From positions 4,609,036-4,673,035 of the forward strand of contig JBNZDD010013726.1 of assembly GCA_050575255.1 (NCBI GenBank): 64,000 bases of DNA, in the 5' to 3' direction. Source of the DNA: Harriotta raleighana (Eukaryota). The position numbers and the translations under genes are program-made. The notes under the pieces are model-generated. The model worked only from the letters and a program-made list of their open reading frames with translations. It searched no databases and was not told the DNA's origin. Shown one piece after another: positions 37,421-51,545 of the stretch. Positions within the stretch are counted from its first letter, which is position 1. Each line of letters begins with the position of its first letter.

Positions 37421-40400
37421 TATGTCCACCTTATCAGGTTTATCACATTTTATCCATATTTATTTTATTTTAATTGCTTTCAGTAGTATGAAAACAATCT
37501 CAAATTTCATTCTTCTGATGCACCTGCAATGTAGACAGTGATGGTAATTAGGGGTTGATGGTGACTCAAATGATACAATATTAGAAACACCAATGACACC
37601 AGATTCTGCTCCAGCGGGTCCCAAAGGATGAATCTACTTTCATTTCTTTATCCAATTTACACAAGCTTTATTGCATTGCATCAAATCCAAAGTGAGGTCA
37701 CATGAAGGGGGTGTGCCAGAGATTTGATATTCAGATTTAATCCATTTTGTGTTTATGCAACATACTGTTAGCACAATGCCTCTCAATGTAAGTTATCTAT
37801 TAATTCGCAGAGAACTTTAATTAGGCCCAAACTATCCAAAGCAATGCTAATACTTGCCACAGCTTGTACGTAATAAACGCTGAAGCAACAGTTATGTTCA
37901 TTGCTCAGATTTCAAAGCTGATTCAAATTACAACAAAGTTTCACTACAGTACTTCCAGACACACCAACAATTTTCTCAGAAACACGTTTCAAGTGGATGT
38001 CAATGGAATCTGCCAGCTCAGTGGATATATGAGCAATTCTAAGGCATAATTTATTGATGTTCGTAAGTGGCCTGAGCTTGTTTTTATTGTATTTTTGTCA
38101 AGAGTTAGTCATTTCCTATAGACAATTCAACTTTTCCTTTTTTAGATATTGTGAAATGGCTCTGTTTAACAAATGTATCTGGATTAAGTTCCCAAACGCA
38201 TTAAAATAATAAATGGTGCATTATTTTACTCCCAAGTAATGTACCTTTCAAGAGTCACATTCATAAATGGGGATAATAATTACTACCAAATAAGAGGAAG
38301 CTCTGTTATCTGAGCAGAATATTTAATGTGATCTCTATTGTATTTGACTGATTTTATTCAGTTCAGTTCTTCTAAGGCTGTCACATATAAATGGCATTTC
38401 AACAGCTCTAACTTTGCAGTGCGCTGTTAAGATTTCAATGACAGACAATAGTATTAGAGCTGCTGACAAGAAAGAAGAGTGTTTTCACTGTTTATAATTT
38501 TACACATTTAAGTGCCAGCAGTAGATTAGACAGATGCGCAACCCCGATTAATCAAATTTACACTATCTTTATATTTTAAAATACTAACATGAAATGTGGT
38601 TGTAATTTGCACTTAATCCAGTTCAGTTGGTGATATTCTTCTTACAACTAAATCAAAATTAAATAATTTAGGTCTGCAATATGAAGAAATGAAATGTCTC
38701 TCTAGACATTATCTCTCATTTTAATTTTGGATATTCAATCCACAATACAGTATAATGTCATTTCTGAAAATAAAAGTATGCTGCATATTTTGACATGTGC
38801 TAAAGAAAGACACCATTCATAGAGTTATATGGTGTGTTGGAGAGGATTAAAGTTGTGGTGCACCATAAGTACTACATCAATACTGTACTACATTTTAAAT
38901 CACAAACATTTCAAATGTATTTACCCATTTAAATTGGTATTCCAAGATTCACGCTAGTTGATATTCGTGTGTTACTAATTTTAGTGACAGTGCAGACATT
39001 TGTACAAAAAGATTTGAAATATTAGGAATTTGATTCTTCCATGCTGAGTGCTAATCTCAGCATTCCTATCTCAGGGTTAAAAGCTTTAGAAAAATAGAAG
39101 AAAGGGGTTGGGTCCAGTGGCTCTAGGTGGGTATAGCTGTTTTGAGACTATGAGACCATTTTCTATAATTATATTGAACTGTGAAAAAAAAATCACAAAT
39201 TCAACCTTAATTCAGAAGCCAATCCCTTTAGGTACTGTGGGAAAACCAATCAAGACTGAATTGAAGGATTTTCCACAATTCTGGGCAAACTTAAATTTTC
39301 AGACAAACGGTCTTACACTCGAAGACTCGGTGGAATGTCAGCTAACATGCAGACTCTGACTGAGGTGTAGCATCTGATCCAGACCTAGAGAGAATGTCCA
39401 ACATTAGGCTTGCACACTGAAGGTCATCACTCCTTCAACTATTATGTAACTCTGACATTCCATGCACTGATGGAATTTGTGAGCCAGCAGTTTGCTGTGT
39501 ATCATTGCATCAGAGCTAATTGAAACCCTGTATTGCCAGGCACTCACTATGTGAACCTTAGCAGTAAACCTGGCACAAAAGATATCAGACAGATATAAGA
39601 AGATCTCATTGGCTGGTGTTCCAATGAGCTTTGCAACCAGATACAGTACTATTATTTTGAGTAGACACATTTATAGTCACACAACTGCTGTTTTCTACCC
39701 TATTTGGGTTTTATTCTGTACAGCACATCTTTTGTTTGGGTGACTTTTATTTTAGGTACAATTCTAAATGATGGTGCACACAGTGTATTAAAATAAACCT
39801 TTTTTTTCAGTTGTGTATTACTGTACTATGGTGCACTGATTTGATGCGATCCACTCTTGAATTGATTCCTTGTCTACCTTGAACTGTTACTTGCCGATGT
39901 TGTACGTAACTATTAGCTGGTGCTTCATTGAAGAGAGATAAGGGTGCTTGGCTGACCAGTGAAATGTGAACAGAAGGCAATGTGGAACACACTACAGGTA
40001 TCTGTAGCTAACTGATGGATCTATATCAATCTGATGGCAAAGAACTATTGATAACATTGGTAACAGAGAACCAGTGGACCAGTAAAGGACAGGGAACCAT
40101 GTGATGACTCACAATGACTACTGATCTGGGTGAGGAAAGAATACAGTAGCTGCATATGTGACCTGTTGGATCTTCCAAACATGTATGTGTGTCTGTGCTG
40201 CTGATTTCAAATAGTGGTGCTGACACTACATGTTCTGATGTGTGTAACTCTTGTCCTACGGCAGTGACACACTGGGCTCTCCTTGTTCTTTGAACAGAGC
40301 AGATGGTAGATTATCAGTACAAGTGTTCACAGTGCTATTTGCATAATTGCATTGCAGTGCTATATAGCATTGCAATTGCATACACAGTATTGCGATATAC

Positions 40401-42543
40401 TTATGCACAATTAATCTGTACATTCTTGTACCATCTACTGAACTGCACATACAAGGGGCCAATTTCAGATATTTGCAAACCAGTTTTTTGGAGCAAAATA
40501 CAATTTCTGGCTCCACATTTCATAAATATAAATTCATTCAGAGCTCTGTTGTCCAATTTCCTTCCCACACAAGTTCCTGAACACAAATCGCTTGTTCCCC
40601 CGCCCATCTTTGGCAATCTCCACTGGTTTTCTGTGATTCTGCCAATCAATTTCATGCCAACAATCCAACTCAGTAGATCCTTCTCCAACCTTATGTTCCA
40701 CCCCAACACATGACACACATATCATTTACAAGTTCAATTTTGTTTTTAGATGCAAAATATTTCAAGACTTGTCATCTCTCACAACAATGTTTCTCCTTTA
40801 CCTCCTCACTTTTCTTTTAAGTTATGCAGTTTTCATCCCATACATTGTGAGCGCTGTCAAGTGGGTCCACAACTGATGCCTCCTTTATATTTTGCAAGAA
40901 GAGAAATACATCTCCCTCAGTCAAAATTCCATGGAACCATTACAATATCCACTAGGACTGGCAGAGCTCTATCTATACATCAGCTGTTGAGAATTTGTCA
41001 TTCCAACATTTTTCCTTTAAATTCTACACTCCACAGCTGGATTCACAGATTTTTTGAATTTTATTTGCTTCAGAAGTGAAATACTAATTATTGCAAATGC
41101 AGCATCATTAATATTAATATAATATTAACAAAATTCACATTTCTTTCAAAAGGACATTTACAATGCCGGGTGATCAAGCTATTTCATTAACATTTTGTTA
41201 TGCAAATGATAAAAGAGGCTCTTTTTCCAATTTATAGGAAAAGAGGAAGTTGAGCATATGAATGAGAATAAAGGGCATAACTCACCTGTTACATAAACAA
41301 ATTCTGATTGATTTTTGGAGCGCATGGAAGTGCTTTCTATTTTATTGTAATATGTACTCAAATTAGATGTAACATAATACATTTTATCCATCCAAGTAAA
41401 ATCACACAAACCAGTTATTTGAATAAGTCCACTGTGCCACTAATCAATACAGAATTAAATAATACGATTCTGTGCTGGAGGGTAATTTTGTACAAGAGCT
41501 AAAAGCACACGCAATATACTTCTGGATTAATATCTCTTCTAACTTCTAAAGATCAATGTACTGAATCAAATTAAGTGGATATCAGGTTTATTGATCTTAC
41601 TCAGCAAAATATCCAGGCCCTAATTTCACAAAATCAACCAAATTTATAAAATAGCCTTAAGTATTAACTGTGGTGAATAGGCCATGTTACTGAATGACTG
41701 CAAAGGCTTACTGAACAGTAGAATTGTTGTGCCTCATTTTTGTTACCGCTCTGATCTGGGTCCGAGCATTTGACCAAATCTGGTTGCGCTTATACGAGAT
41801 TTTCTGAAAAGCACAGTCCCTAATAGTACCTCAATCATTCAATTTAAATGAACATACAAAGGAAACAAATACTAAACAATAGCCTCCAGGTTGGAGTAAA
41901 TGAAGGCAGCATTTATGATAGTTTGCTTAGGTATTAGCTACAAATGATATTAGTGTTTCTAACATTACCTTCGGATGGCAAAACATTGTTTTAATTTTAA
42001 AAGTATTATAATGACATTGGCCCCAGACAAGTACATATTAATTCAAAGCTGGATTTACTTTTGGAAAAATAGATTTTCTGGAATACATTTCTCATCCATT
42101 AGATCATAACTGACCACATGAGGGTTTAATATTAATATAGGCCCATATTATGACTAAGCTGCTGTGGTTATATTGAGTCAGGGACCATTTTATACTAAAT
42201 AGTCCACATACCTCAACATCCAGTCCTATTCATTTACAAGCAGCTGTCGTCATGTGGTCATCGTAAAATGTTTATAATCTAACATTTTGTTGAAATCGAT
42301 TATACCATAATGAGACTTCAGAGGAGAAAAAGATGTATTTTAAACAGTACAGCTCATAACTTGTCCAAATGATGCATGCAGTATTACACTCCCAGACAAA
42401 AAAAAATCTGCAGACAGAAAATACTCAGCTGGAGTATGCACTTAAGAACTACTAATACAAGCCAGGACACAGGAACTTTGAGGAGCCAGATTTAAGGAAA
42501 TATCTAAATTTGCTCAGCTTGTGTTTTTTCATTGAAGCTCTCA

Positions 42544-42562
42544 ATTGCCCTCTAGTGTCAGC
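42544..42562 (-). promoter_or_regulatory. CTCF-like core motif
   Basis: Minus strand GCTGACACTAGAGGGCAAT, a close match to the CTCF consensus. Confidence 0.55.
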
Positions 42563-45500
42563 CTTTTATCCTGTTAAACAGAAAAGTAATTGCTGTTTTC
42601 TTTTATCCAATTACTGCAAGCATTATTTCACTTGGATTTTGTGTTGAAAACATACCACTGGGGATATTTACCTCAGTTACGTGTAAACAGTGAAGCATTT
42701 CCTTCTGGATAAGCAAAAAACAAAGATCAGTGTCTGGTCAAAACCTTAAAAATTGAGTTAGTTCTAAATCGTAGATTAACACATACTGATTTAATTTAGC
42801 TTCTTAAAGTTACCTCAATTGAAGCAAAGTTCATTCATGTTCAAGATTCCAGGAACACTATCTTAGGAATACAGTAATTGAAAAAAACTTATGCTAATCT
42901 TTAGCAGGTTTTATTATTTACAACAGGCTCTGTAAGTAAGGTTTCACTCAATTATATACTGCAGTCAGGATTTTCTTTAATTTCTACATTAAAGACCATA
43001 GTATAGTTTCTGTTGACTCCCTTAAACCCCTGGACTCATTCCCTGTTGACCTTATTTCCAGCTAAATCAGTGGTTAACATTCCCATTGAAAATACTGTCA
43101 AGAAAGATTGTCGTTGAAAGAAGATTGAAATTCAGCATTTAGATCACTATTGTTTGTTGATTAATACATTTCAACTAAAAAACACAACTGCTTGAGTTCA
43201 TGTAAGAGATCTTTGTTAGACCAAACAACCCCACCCTATCCCTCTGCTGAAGACATTCAAAGCCCCATTCTAGATTATAGATTGCAAACTTCAAAGCTCA
43301 GTGTCATTGTAGATCTATGCAAAAGTTAATACTTCACTAATGTGTTGTGCATCGCTGCACAAGCCATGGTGGAGAAGTTAACTAGCAGATTAGCAAGTTT
43401 TGCTAAAGATTTTTGGGCTCTACTGGTAAATGGAAATTTTCATTTAAGAAGTTCCTGGAAACTTTGCTGAGCTGTGTTTCACAACTACGCAAGACCTCTT
43501 TAAAGAACACTTTATACATTGCAGAATAGATGTTACAGTGAGTTGTCCCATAAGCTTATTTTGCTCGAGGCACTGGTGGAAATACTCATTGAGGCCACTG
43601 AAATGTGTGGTATAAAATCAATAAATGACTTACAAGCTGTGGCTTACTGGAAAATAAACCGTTTGCTGACATCAGCATTTCGTGGGTTATATAGTCCTGA
43701 TGTCACTCAGTGGTTTATTTTCCAGGAAACTGCTGCTCTTGCCATTGTTCATATGCACCAGTTGAGGATGGACATGAAAGTTGCTTATAACCAGACTTGC
43801 ATGTAACTGGAGCAAATCTATCATTATTAAGTCATCAACAAGCCGGAACTTTGTAAAAATGTGCTTACGCCAACAATATCTTGGAATTTTCTTATATCTA
43901 AACTGCATATTACTGTATTTCAGCTATCTTTAGCAGTCATGTGTAGTCAGTAAAAAGAAATCTGAATGTAATAAAGGAGACTGATTTCTGTACTACTGCT
44001 ATCACCCTATATGCGTGCATCAGCAATACATAAAACTAGAAACATTTCTGAAAATTTCAAAGAATGAAGAAGCTGATTTACTTTTAATTTCAATTCACCC
44101 TACACTAGAGAAAAACAGGATCCAGTTTTGTTTTGAAAGTTTTTTTTAAAGATTGCATTTTCCAAATATTTTCTATAACTTTTGGTTTTGGTCATTTGAA
44201 TGCCCACAACGATCACATTTGTAATCATTTAAAGTATTTACAATGTGAAGAGGAAATTGCAAATTAAAATTGGCAAAAGGTTTCTGAATCTCAAAAGCTT
44301 TAACAAGTGTTTTCATTTATTGCTGCAACCTATTTTGTAGATGTTTTAAGAAGCAGTTGGAAGTCTACAATGAATTCATTATTAAACGCATCCTGCAGCT
44401 ACAAAGAAATTATTTCAAGAGTGCAGGAATGTCCACAACTTCTTGCTTAGCTTGTTTGACCACTGCAGTGTGGCATTAAAATGGGTTTCTCTTTGTTTGA
44501 TATCTATTGTTCCCAGTTTACTCCCTTTTCACATTGTATAGGAGTGGGTAGAGACATATCATACTATTGACTCAGTTAAATATATAGCTTTCTTGTTAAC
44601 AACCGTTTGCAAAGTTTAATTTTAACTTGCTAATGTACAACACACATTGTGATTAATGATACCCCTTATAAACACGTTTACACATTAGGAATTCAGCGAG
44701 TTGCTATCTTCAGTGCATGAAAAGAAATGAGGAAAAAAGCATTTTTGTACTGACCCTGTATTAGGTCATAACAACTCTCATTTATTGCAATACATGTTAA
44801 ACTTCACAGCTGAAGGCCAGATGCGATGAAAAAGAAACACCACAACAGAAACTTTTAACTTGGTCTATCTTTTAACAGTTCCTGCAATACACGTGCAGCT
44901 TCTAAAGATGCCCATTTTTATATATGGAATACATTTTAAATGATAACCTTATATTCCTTAACATATCACCTTAGTGTTAAACATACAGTACCATATAATG
45001 AAATGGAGGTATTCTAGTTTTAATGGAAACTAGCTCCCGGCCATCAGGTAAGGTGACACAAATTGCAGGTATGTATGAGGGCACCAGCATTTTTGTTGAA
45101 ATGCTGATATATAACACCTTTACTTGTTACAGGATCAGCAAGTCTGTGTGCACAACAAGAAGAATTCTAGATTTAAAACAAAGTCCAAGAACATCTTACA
45201 TGAAATTTTGAGACCAGGGACACTGACAATGTTTATTTTAATAAAGATGCAAACTTTCCATTAGCCCTTAGTTAAACACAACCAAATCTGGTTCTGTTGT
45301 CATCCTCTCGTGGTATTTTGTAGCGCTAAGGTGATGCAACTATGTCAATATTGGCACTAGGAGAACAGGAATAGTAAGCACCGTTAAACTAAAGATGAGA
45401 TCATACTCAGAGGGAAACATAAAAAAAGTATCATTAGTAAAAGCAGAACACTCATTTTCTAAGTTATTATGGAAATACTTCAAAACTACATAGTCCTTTG

Positions 45501-46689
45501 TAATCTGTTTAATTGGCTGGAATCCTAAATTTAACTTGATGCTGCAAAGAATTAAATATCTTTGGAGTGTAAGCTTTCCTTCAAGTCTGTACAGCTTTGT
45601 ACTAAAGCTATAATTAAATGGAATTGAAAATTTTCTTATGGAAAAAAAATACAGAATAGTTAAGTAGAGGCTCCCACCTCTACTTATTTTGTCTACAGAA
45701 CAAGTCACAAAGAAGCCCTTAAGCATGTCAAGGCTAGAATATTTAGTTTCCGGTTTTATCAAATTCTAGGTAGGGAATCTTGGAAAAACAGTCACTTCTG
45801 TTTAGTTCACTGATGTATTATGAAGAGGGGAAAGTTCAAAGCTACTAATATCTAAACATTTAAATGCATTTATTTTGATAAAATTGGATTAATTATAGCA
45901 AGTCAAAATAGCCACAAGATATACCAATTTAGACTACCTGCAGAACCTACAATAGGTACATTTACTGACTGTTACAAGTGGTTGAATATTTTTGAATGAA
46001 AAAGATAATTTGGTACAAACAAGTATAGCTCAGCTTGAAAATGATTGAGGTTTCACATTACACATTAAGTCCTGCAGTAGATCCTAAAATTGTATTCTCC
46101 ACTCTACAAAGTCACATGTCTTTTATCATGAAGCAGAGATGTTTGCCCAACTTCAATAAATGATCTCAGTTCCCACATCAGATGTAGTGTGTTCTTTGAG
46201 TTTATGCCACTAATTATGTTGATTGAGTTCACTTTGGTTTCCCAAAAAAAGCAGTGCACAACCTAAGGGTGATTCAAATGTTATTTTGGTCTCTGCGATT
46301 AAGCACCATACTGAAGTAGAAGATAGAAAGAAATGGCTCCACAGACTATTTATTAAACAGTGGAATGTAAGTGATTTGTGTCAAAAGCATGTGCCTTATT
46401 ATTGAAAGAAATGTTTCAGATTCTGGGAACATTCTTGAATAATCCACATTGAAATGCTGCTCTAGATTCTAATCCTACAGATCAGTTAATGAAAACTTGT
46501 GAGCATGTACTTGAGAAATACTGTAAGTAACTTCCATTGTATAAACAGTTGTCTATCCTGGCATTAGCCTGCTTCTCATGGGTCTGCTGGTTAGAAGTCC
46601 ATTAATCAACAAAGGAAAAACTAAAACATGGCACAAGTTTAAATAGAATTATTCGAAACAAATTTGGCACTTTAGCGATCACTGTTGTT

Positions 46690-47696
46690 ATAAAATTTTA
46701 AAGTTTAGCTTGTATCAGAAGGGTGTGGTTATATACTTTTGGAAAACAAATAAGAGTGTGCATATTATAAATGGTAACATTTTAAACACAGTAGAAAAGC
46801 AGAGAGGTCTAGGGGTTAATGTACATTGAAAGGGTGAGAGACACATGGACAAAGATGTGGAGAAAGCTAATGGGTTTCTACGTTTTATAAATAGGGATAA
46901 ATAATAATCCCTCAGTTTAAAATATATATATTTTGGTCACTCAATCCCCGACTGCTTGTGGGTCACTGCTGTACACAATTGGCTGCAGCGTTTTGCTCAC
47001 AAAATATATAGTCAATTCATTCTACACTGTATTCTGTGAAGCGTTTTGAGGCGTCAACAACGTAATAAGGCGCTATATTAAATGCAGGGATTATTATTAT
47101 AAATAGGGATAAGGAATATAAAAGAGACTTGTATAAATGGTTAGTTTGAGCTAACTACAGTTAGTATTGTGTTTAGAATTCGTTACCCTACTTTAGGAAG
47201 GATGTCGGGGCCATAGAGAGTGCAGAGGAGATTTGCCAGGATGATACCAAGGATGATTGATTTGACCTATGAGGGGAAATTAGAGAATCTATTTTCACTG
47301 GAACAGAGAAGTTTGAGAAAAGACCTGAAAAATACCTTTAAAATTATGAAGGGGGTTTATAGAGTCAATAGGGAGAAATAATTCCCACTGGTTGGGGAAT
47401 CAGTGACTGGAAGGCATCAATTTAAGATAATTAGTAAAGAAGCGAAAGGACATTTGGAGGAATTTTTTTTTACGCACAGGGAATTATTAGTGTGTGGAAG
47501 CTCTGCGAGGTGTGATGTTCAAAGAAGAATCCATATTGATTTTCAAGAACTGGATAAATATCTAAAAAGGAATAATATGTAGGGTGTCAGGGAAAATAGG
47601 TAAATAAATAGGACTGAATGGATCGTTCTTTCAATGAGACTGTACAGACACAATTGGCTAAATAGCTTTATCATGTGCTATACATTTCTATGGTTC
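46690..47696 (+). mobile_element. CR1 LINE 3' remnant (degenerate RT C-terminal region plus 3'UTR), interrupted by a SINE
   Basis: Typical CR1 text AGTATTGTGTTTAG...CTACTTTAGGAAGGATGTC...GAGAGTGCAGAGGAGATTTGCCAGGATGATACCAAGG...AAAATTATGAAGGG, ending GTGCTATACATTTCTATGGTTCT; frameshifted. Confidence 0.85.
46901..47100 (+). mobile_element. 5'-truncated SINE family A copy nested in a CR1 LINE, with target-site duplication
   Basis: Homologous to 63283-63468; flanked by the direct repeat TTATAAATAGGGATAA (46885-46900 and 47097-47112). Confidence 0.85.
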
Positions 47697-50600
47697 TTTA
47701 AAATAGCAAAGCATTGACTGAGGAAACATCACTTATTCCATCAATATTAATCGAATGGAATTATCTTCCTGTTTATTAGTGGTCAACTCTTGAAGTCAAT
47801 TCCACAATCTGAATACCAAATAAGTGAATGTGTCTGTTAATTGAATATAACTACAACCACTGTATTCACTCCAGTTAGCTAAATAATTTTAGTCAGTGAG
47901 CACTTGTGTCCCAATTACATATTTTACCATATTTACATACCAAATTTTACAATTATCTTCTGCATAATGTATTGCATAATTTAGAATATTCTAAAACCCA
48001 GCATGTCTGCTAAAAGGTCATAACAATGTAAAAGGGATTACATAGAAAAACTTTCCAGTTACAATTAATAGCAGACATTTAATGGTGTAACAGTTACTAA
48101 TATGTTCCTTGATATTTACCGTAATTTGCTGTACGGCAGTTACGTGCCCTAGTTAGAAGATCCTGACAAAGCACAATACTGCCTAACATGTGGGTAAATT
48201 ATTTGTTAGCACATCACAAATGCAAACTGATAGCCTGCCCAAGTATTGCAGCCTCAGAGAGTTGGCTCCAGGATTAGTGACAATGGCATTTCCTCTATTA
48301 TTGTGAATCCTAAAAGAGCATTGCTTTGGGTGTCCATTTTTTTTAAGAATACTGTCTTATCCCTGATTATTGTGGAAGTTTCCTTTTGCAGGTTTCCCAA
48401 TACAAAATATTCAATACTCCCTAGCCTCACCACACACTTACGCACATGTTGAATGACTGATTGTACTATGCAAACACTTTGCTGTTGTACAGCCAGCTAT
48501 TTTACATGTAACCAACAATGTTATCTAACACTGATGGCAAGAATGTAAATTCTTCTCTAACATGTACACCAGCTTTTGCCCTGGGTTTATACTGAGATTA
48601 GTGCTAGCATTATGTCAAGAAATTTTGTCTGATCTTGTTTAATAAATCAGGAATCTGGCTCCCAATAAAAATACATAATTACATGATATGTGCATATCTG
48701 TTTGCTTATGTGGGGAGGGTAAAACCCTTTTTTAAGTATAAATCCTTATGAATACTGTAAAGTCACATGTAAATATTCAGTTAACTGTTGAGAGACCCAC
48801 ACTACCATATGTTTGAATCAATAAACACAATTTGAGTCTTATCATTTTTGCATTTCCTTTTAATCAAATTGTTTTTCTTCTTCTTGGCAATGACTCTGGA
48901 GAGTATGCTTGGATTATTGAAGGCCTGGTTGTAAAACGTATGGACTAATTGCTGAACAGGAGCTGAAGGACTATTAAGGTTGCAGGGACACAGAACTTCA
49001 AACAATGGACTATTATTTCAGCATGAATGCTATTGTATTGAACTGAATTAACAAGCGGAGGACCCCTGTAGCTAAAACCCTAACCTAATTTGATTATTGA
49101 GCAGTGTTCAGACTGTGTACTCTGCAAGCAGCAGACAAATTCACAAATTAAACACACTGAACTAGCCTTAAAAATAAATCTGCGTGTAAAATTTAATCAA
49201 GTGCACGTTACAACTTAGCCAACCAATATTAGAATGAAAAGTTCAGTGTTTTCAAATGAAAGTTGGTCTCTTTATCTATGTAGCTGCTGGCTTTACATTT
49301 CTATGTTAAGTACTAGGTATGCTCAAACAAAATAGGTTCTTTGTAGTCTACAAAAGCTATCATTGAAGAACAAGCTACTTCAAATTGGAATAGTTTAAAT
49401 CACCTTTTTAAAAAAAAAAGAAATGTGTTCTTTATGTCCCTTTCCCTAAAATTATATTTTATTAAAATTCTACATCATAATATACAATAACTTGTTTGCA
49501 AACATAGAAACTTCAAGTCGAGCTTCATAATACCAATCTCATAGGGAGTATTCAAGTACTTCTTAATGAGGTTGAATTTCATCTCTGGCTTTTACTCTAT
49601 GACTGCAGGCTGCTGAAAAGATCCAGTGTTGCCTGAATTTTTAATCATTGTGAATCCACAGTACATTTTAGATAAAATTACAGAAAATCTATAAACTCTG
49701 CATTTTTTATTTTGTTACGTATATCTAAAACATCACAGAGTTGGGATTCTGGGCCACTTATTAGTTTCTAAGTGTTGTTGGACATTATAGAATTCAGGAT
49801 TTCTTTGGTATGCATGGGATTGACAATGTCATATACCATCATATCATAGAGCTTTTTTTTTAGTTTTACTAGAAATAACACAATCTTAATATAATGTCTT
49901 TTTAGAACATTACCAAATAATAACAACTTTTTTAAAGCGGAAATTAATATCCTTCTCTGCCATTGTAACTGTTTGCCAAACAACTATTCAAGGAAGATTT
50001 ACAACACATGATACATGTAACATAAAACAAAAAGAAACTGATCTTTGTTGATTAAAAATTCCATTAAGTAATAACAAAATAATACATTCCGCTTGTGCTA
50101 AGAAATAAAACACTAAGTTCTGAACACTAAGTACATGCATAAATTATGTTCAAAAGACATTTGTTTTGGTAACAATTTTACTTCAATTACAAACATTGTA
50201 TCTGTCAGAAAAGTAAAGCACAAATACAATCACATCATAAAAGTGAAACATTACCTCAACACGAATCCCTACATTTTGTTATGTTGCCAGTATTTTTGCT
50301 AAATTTATTTCATGAAATAATCACACTAACAATCTAAGCTAGATACATAAATACAGTATTTTAACTTTTGAAGAATTCTTCAAATTGTACTGCAAATTTA
50401 TATCTTCCTTCTTTGAACTTATGTCTGAACATGTGATAATCCCATGATTTTAGCATTGTGTGCTACAACCACTCATTAACACAGATCACAGTTGCAGCTT
50501 CTCTGCTTTAAGCTTAGGCTCTGTGCCAGAATGAAAGGTTCAGCAGATGTTACTTTGACCTTCTATCTAATACTTCAACCCTTAATTAAAATCTGTAGTC

Positions 50601-51384
50601 TTTGTACTCTCTGACTTTTATTCTGTCATTCTGCATCTCAAGCCACAATTGTCCCCAGTATGATAGATAACTCTACAAATAACATTTCATTTACAAAATC
50701 GGAATATTTACTAGGGCAGTCCTACAGAGCAACAGCAAAACAAGTAACTAGAAACTTACATCAATAAAACAACTAAATGATTTAAGGCCTTCATATTGAA
50801 GAGATTATTATATGGTTAAGATTATCAGATTTCGTCAGTCATGGGTTGAAACAAAGCTAATAATATAATGCCAATTTCTTAGTATATTTTCCAAAAATAA
50901 CTACCTTTAATTTCTGCTAGAAATTACATCTGGTATCAGAATTCCACATGAGTATGAGCTACAGAAGTACGTGATTTTAACCAAGTGAAGTGCTTGCATG
51001 GCAAATAATTTATAGCCTTATTTAGTATGGCAATAAACCCTTCATCGAAAGAACGTTTAGCATTTCTTTCAATCCTTCACCAAACAAACTCAGAATATAT
51101 GTGGATATATTGGATATCTGACATTGCTTAATATTATTTTAAAATGGAAAAGAAACCACTAATTATACTAAATAGTCTCCAGACATAGTCCTTGGAGCAG
51201 AGATTTTTATAAAACAGAAACTTTCAATTGTTTTACTTTCCCAGATAATGTCTTAGGTTTTATTCTACCATGTGTGTGTGTGATTATTTTTTCTCCCCAC
51301 TTTAGATTTCTGTATGCCAATGCACATTTCCAGACCAAGAAGTTAGGATGGCAATCTGTTTAAGGAGTTATGCCAAAAGCATTC

Positions 51385-51545
51385 CATAGTTATAACACAG
51401 TAATCATTTCAGGCAGGAGTGGGCCATCGGTCCATCGAGCTTACTCATCCACTTTCCCACAAGATCCCTTTGATGTATCTATCTCTTAATCTAACATCCC
51501 CAAATCCTTTTAGTAGTCTGGAATTTATCTCATTCCTTTTTGAAT
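51385..51545 (-). mobile_element. CR1-like 3' end fragment
   Basis: CAGGAGTGGGCCATCGGTCCATCGAGC resembles the reverse complement of the CR1 3' stem-loop seen at 54230-54260. Confidence 0.5.

Noticed and set aside
39807-41079. Cluster of 60-136 aa ORFs on both strands
   Set aside because: No recognisable protein motifs or consistent splice structure; compatible with chance ORFs in intronic DNA.
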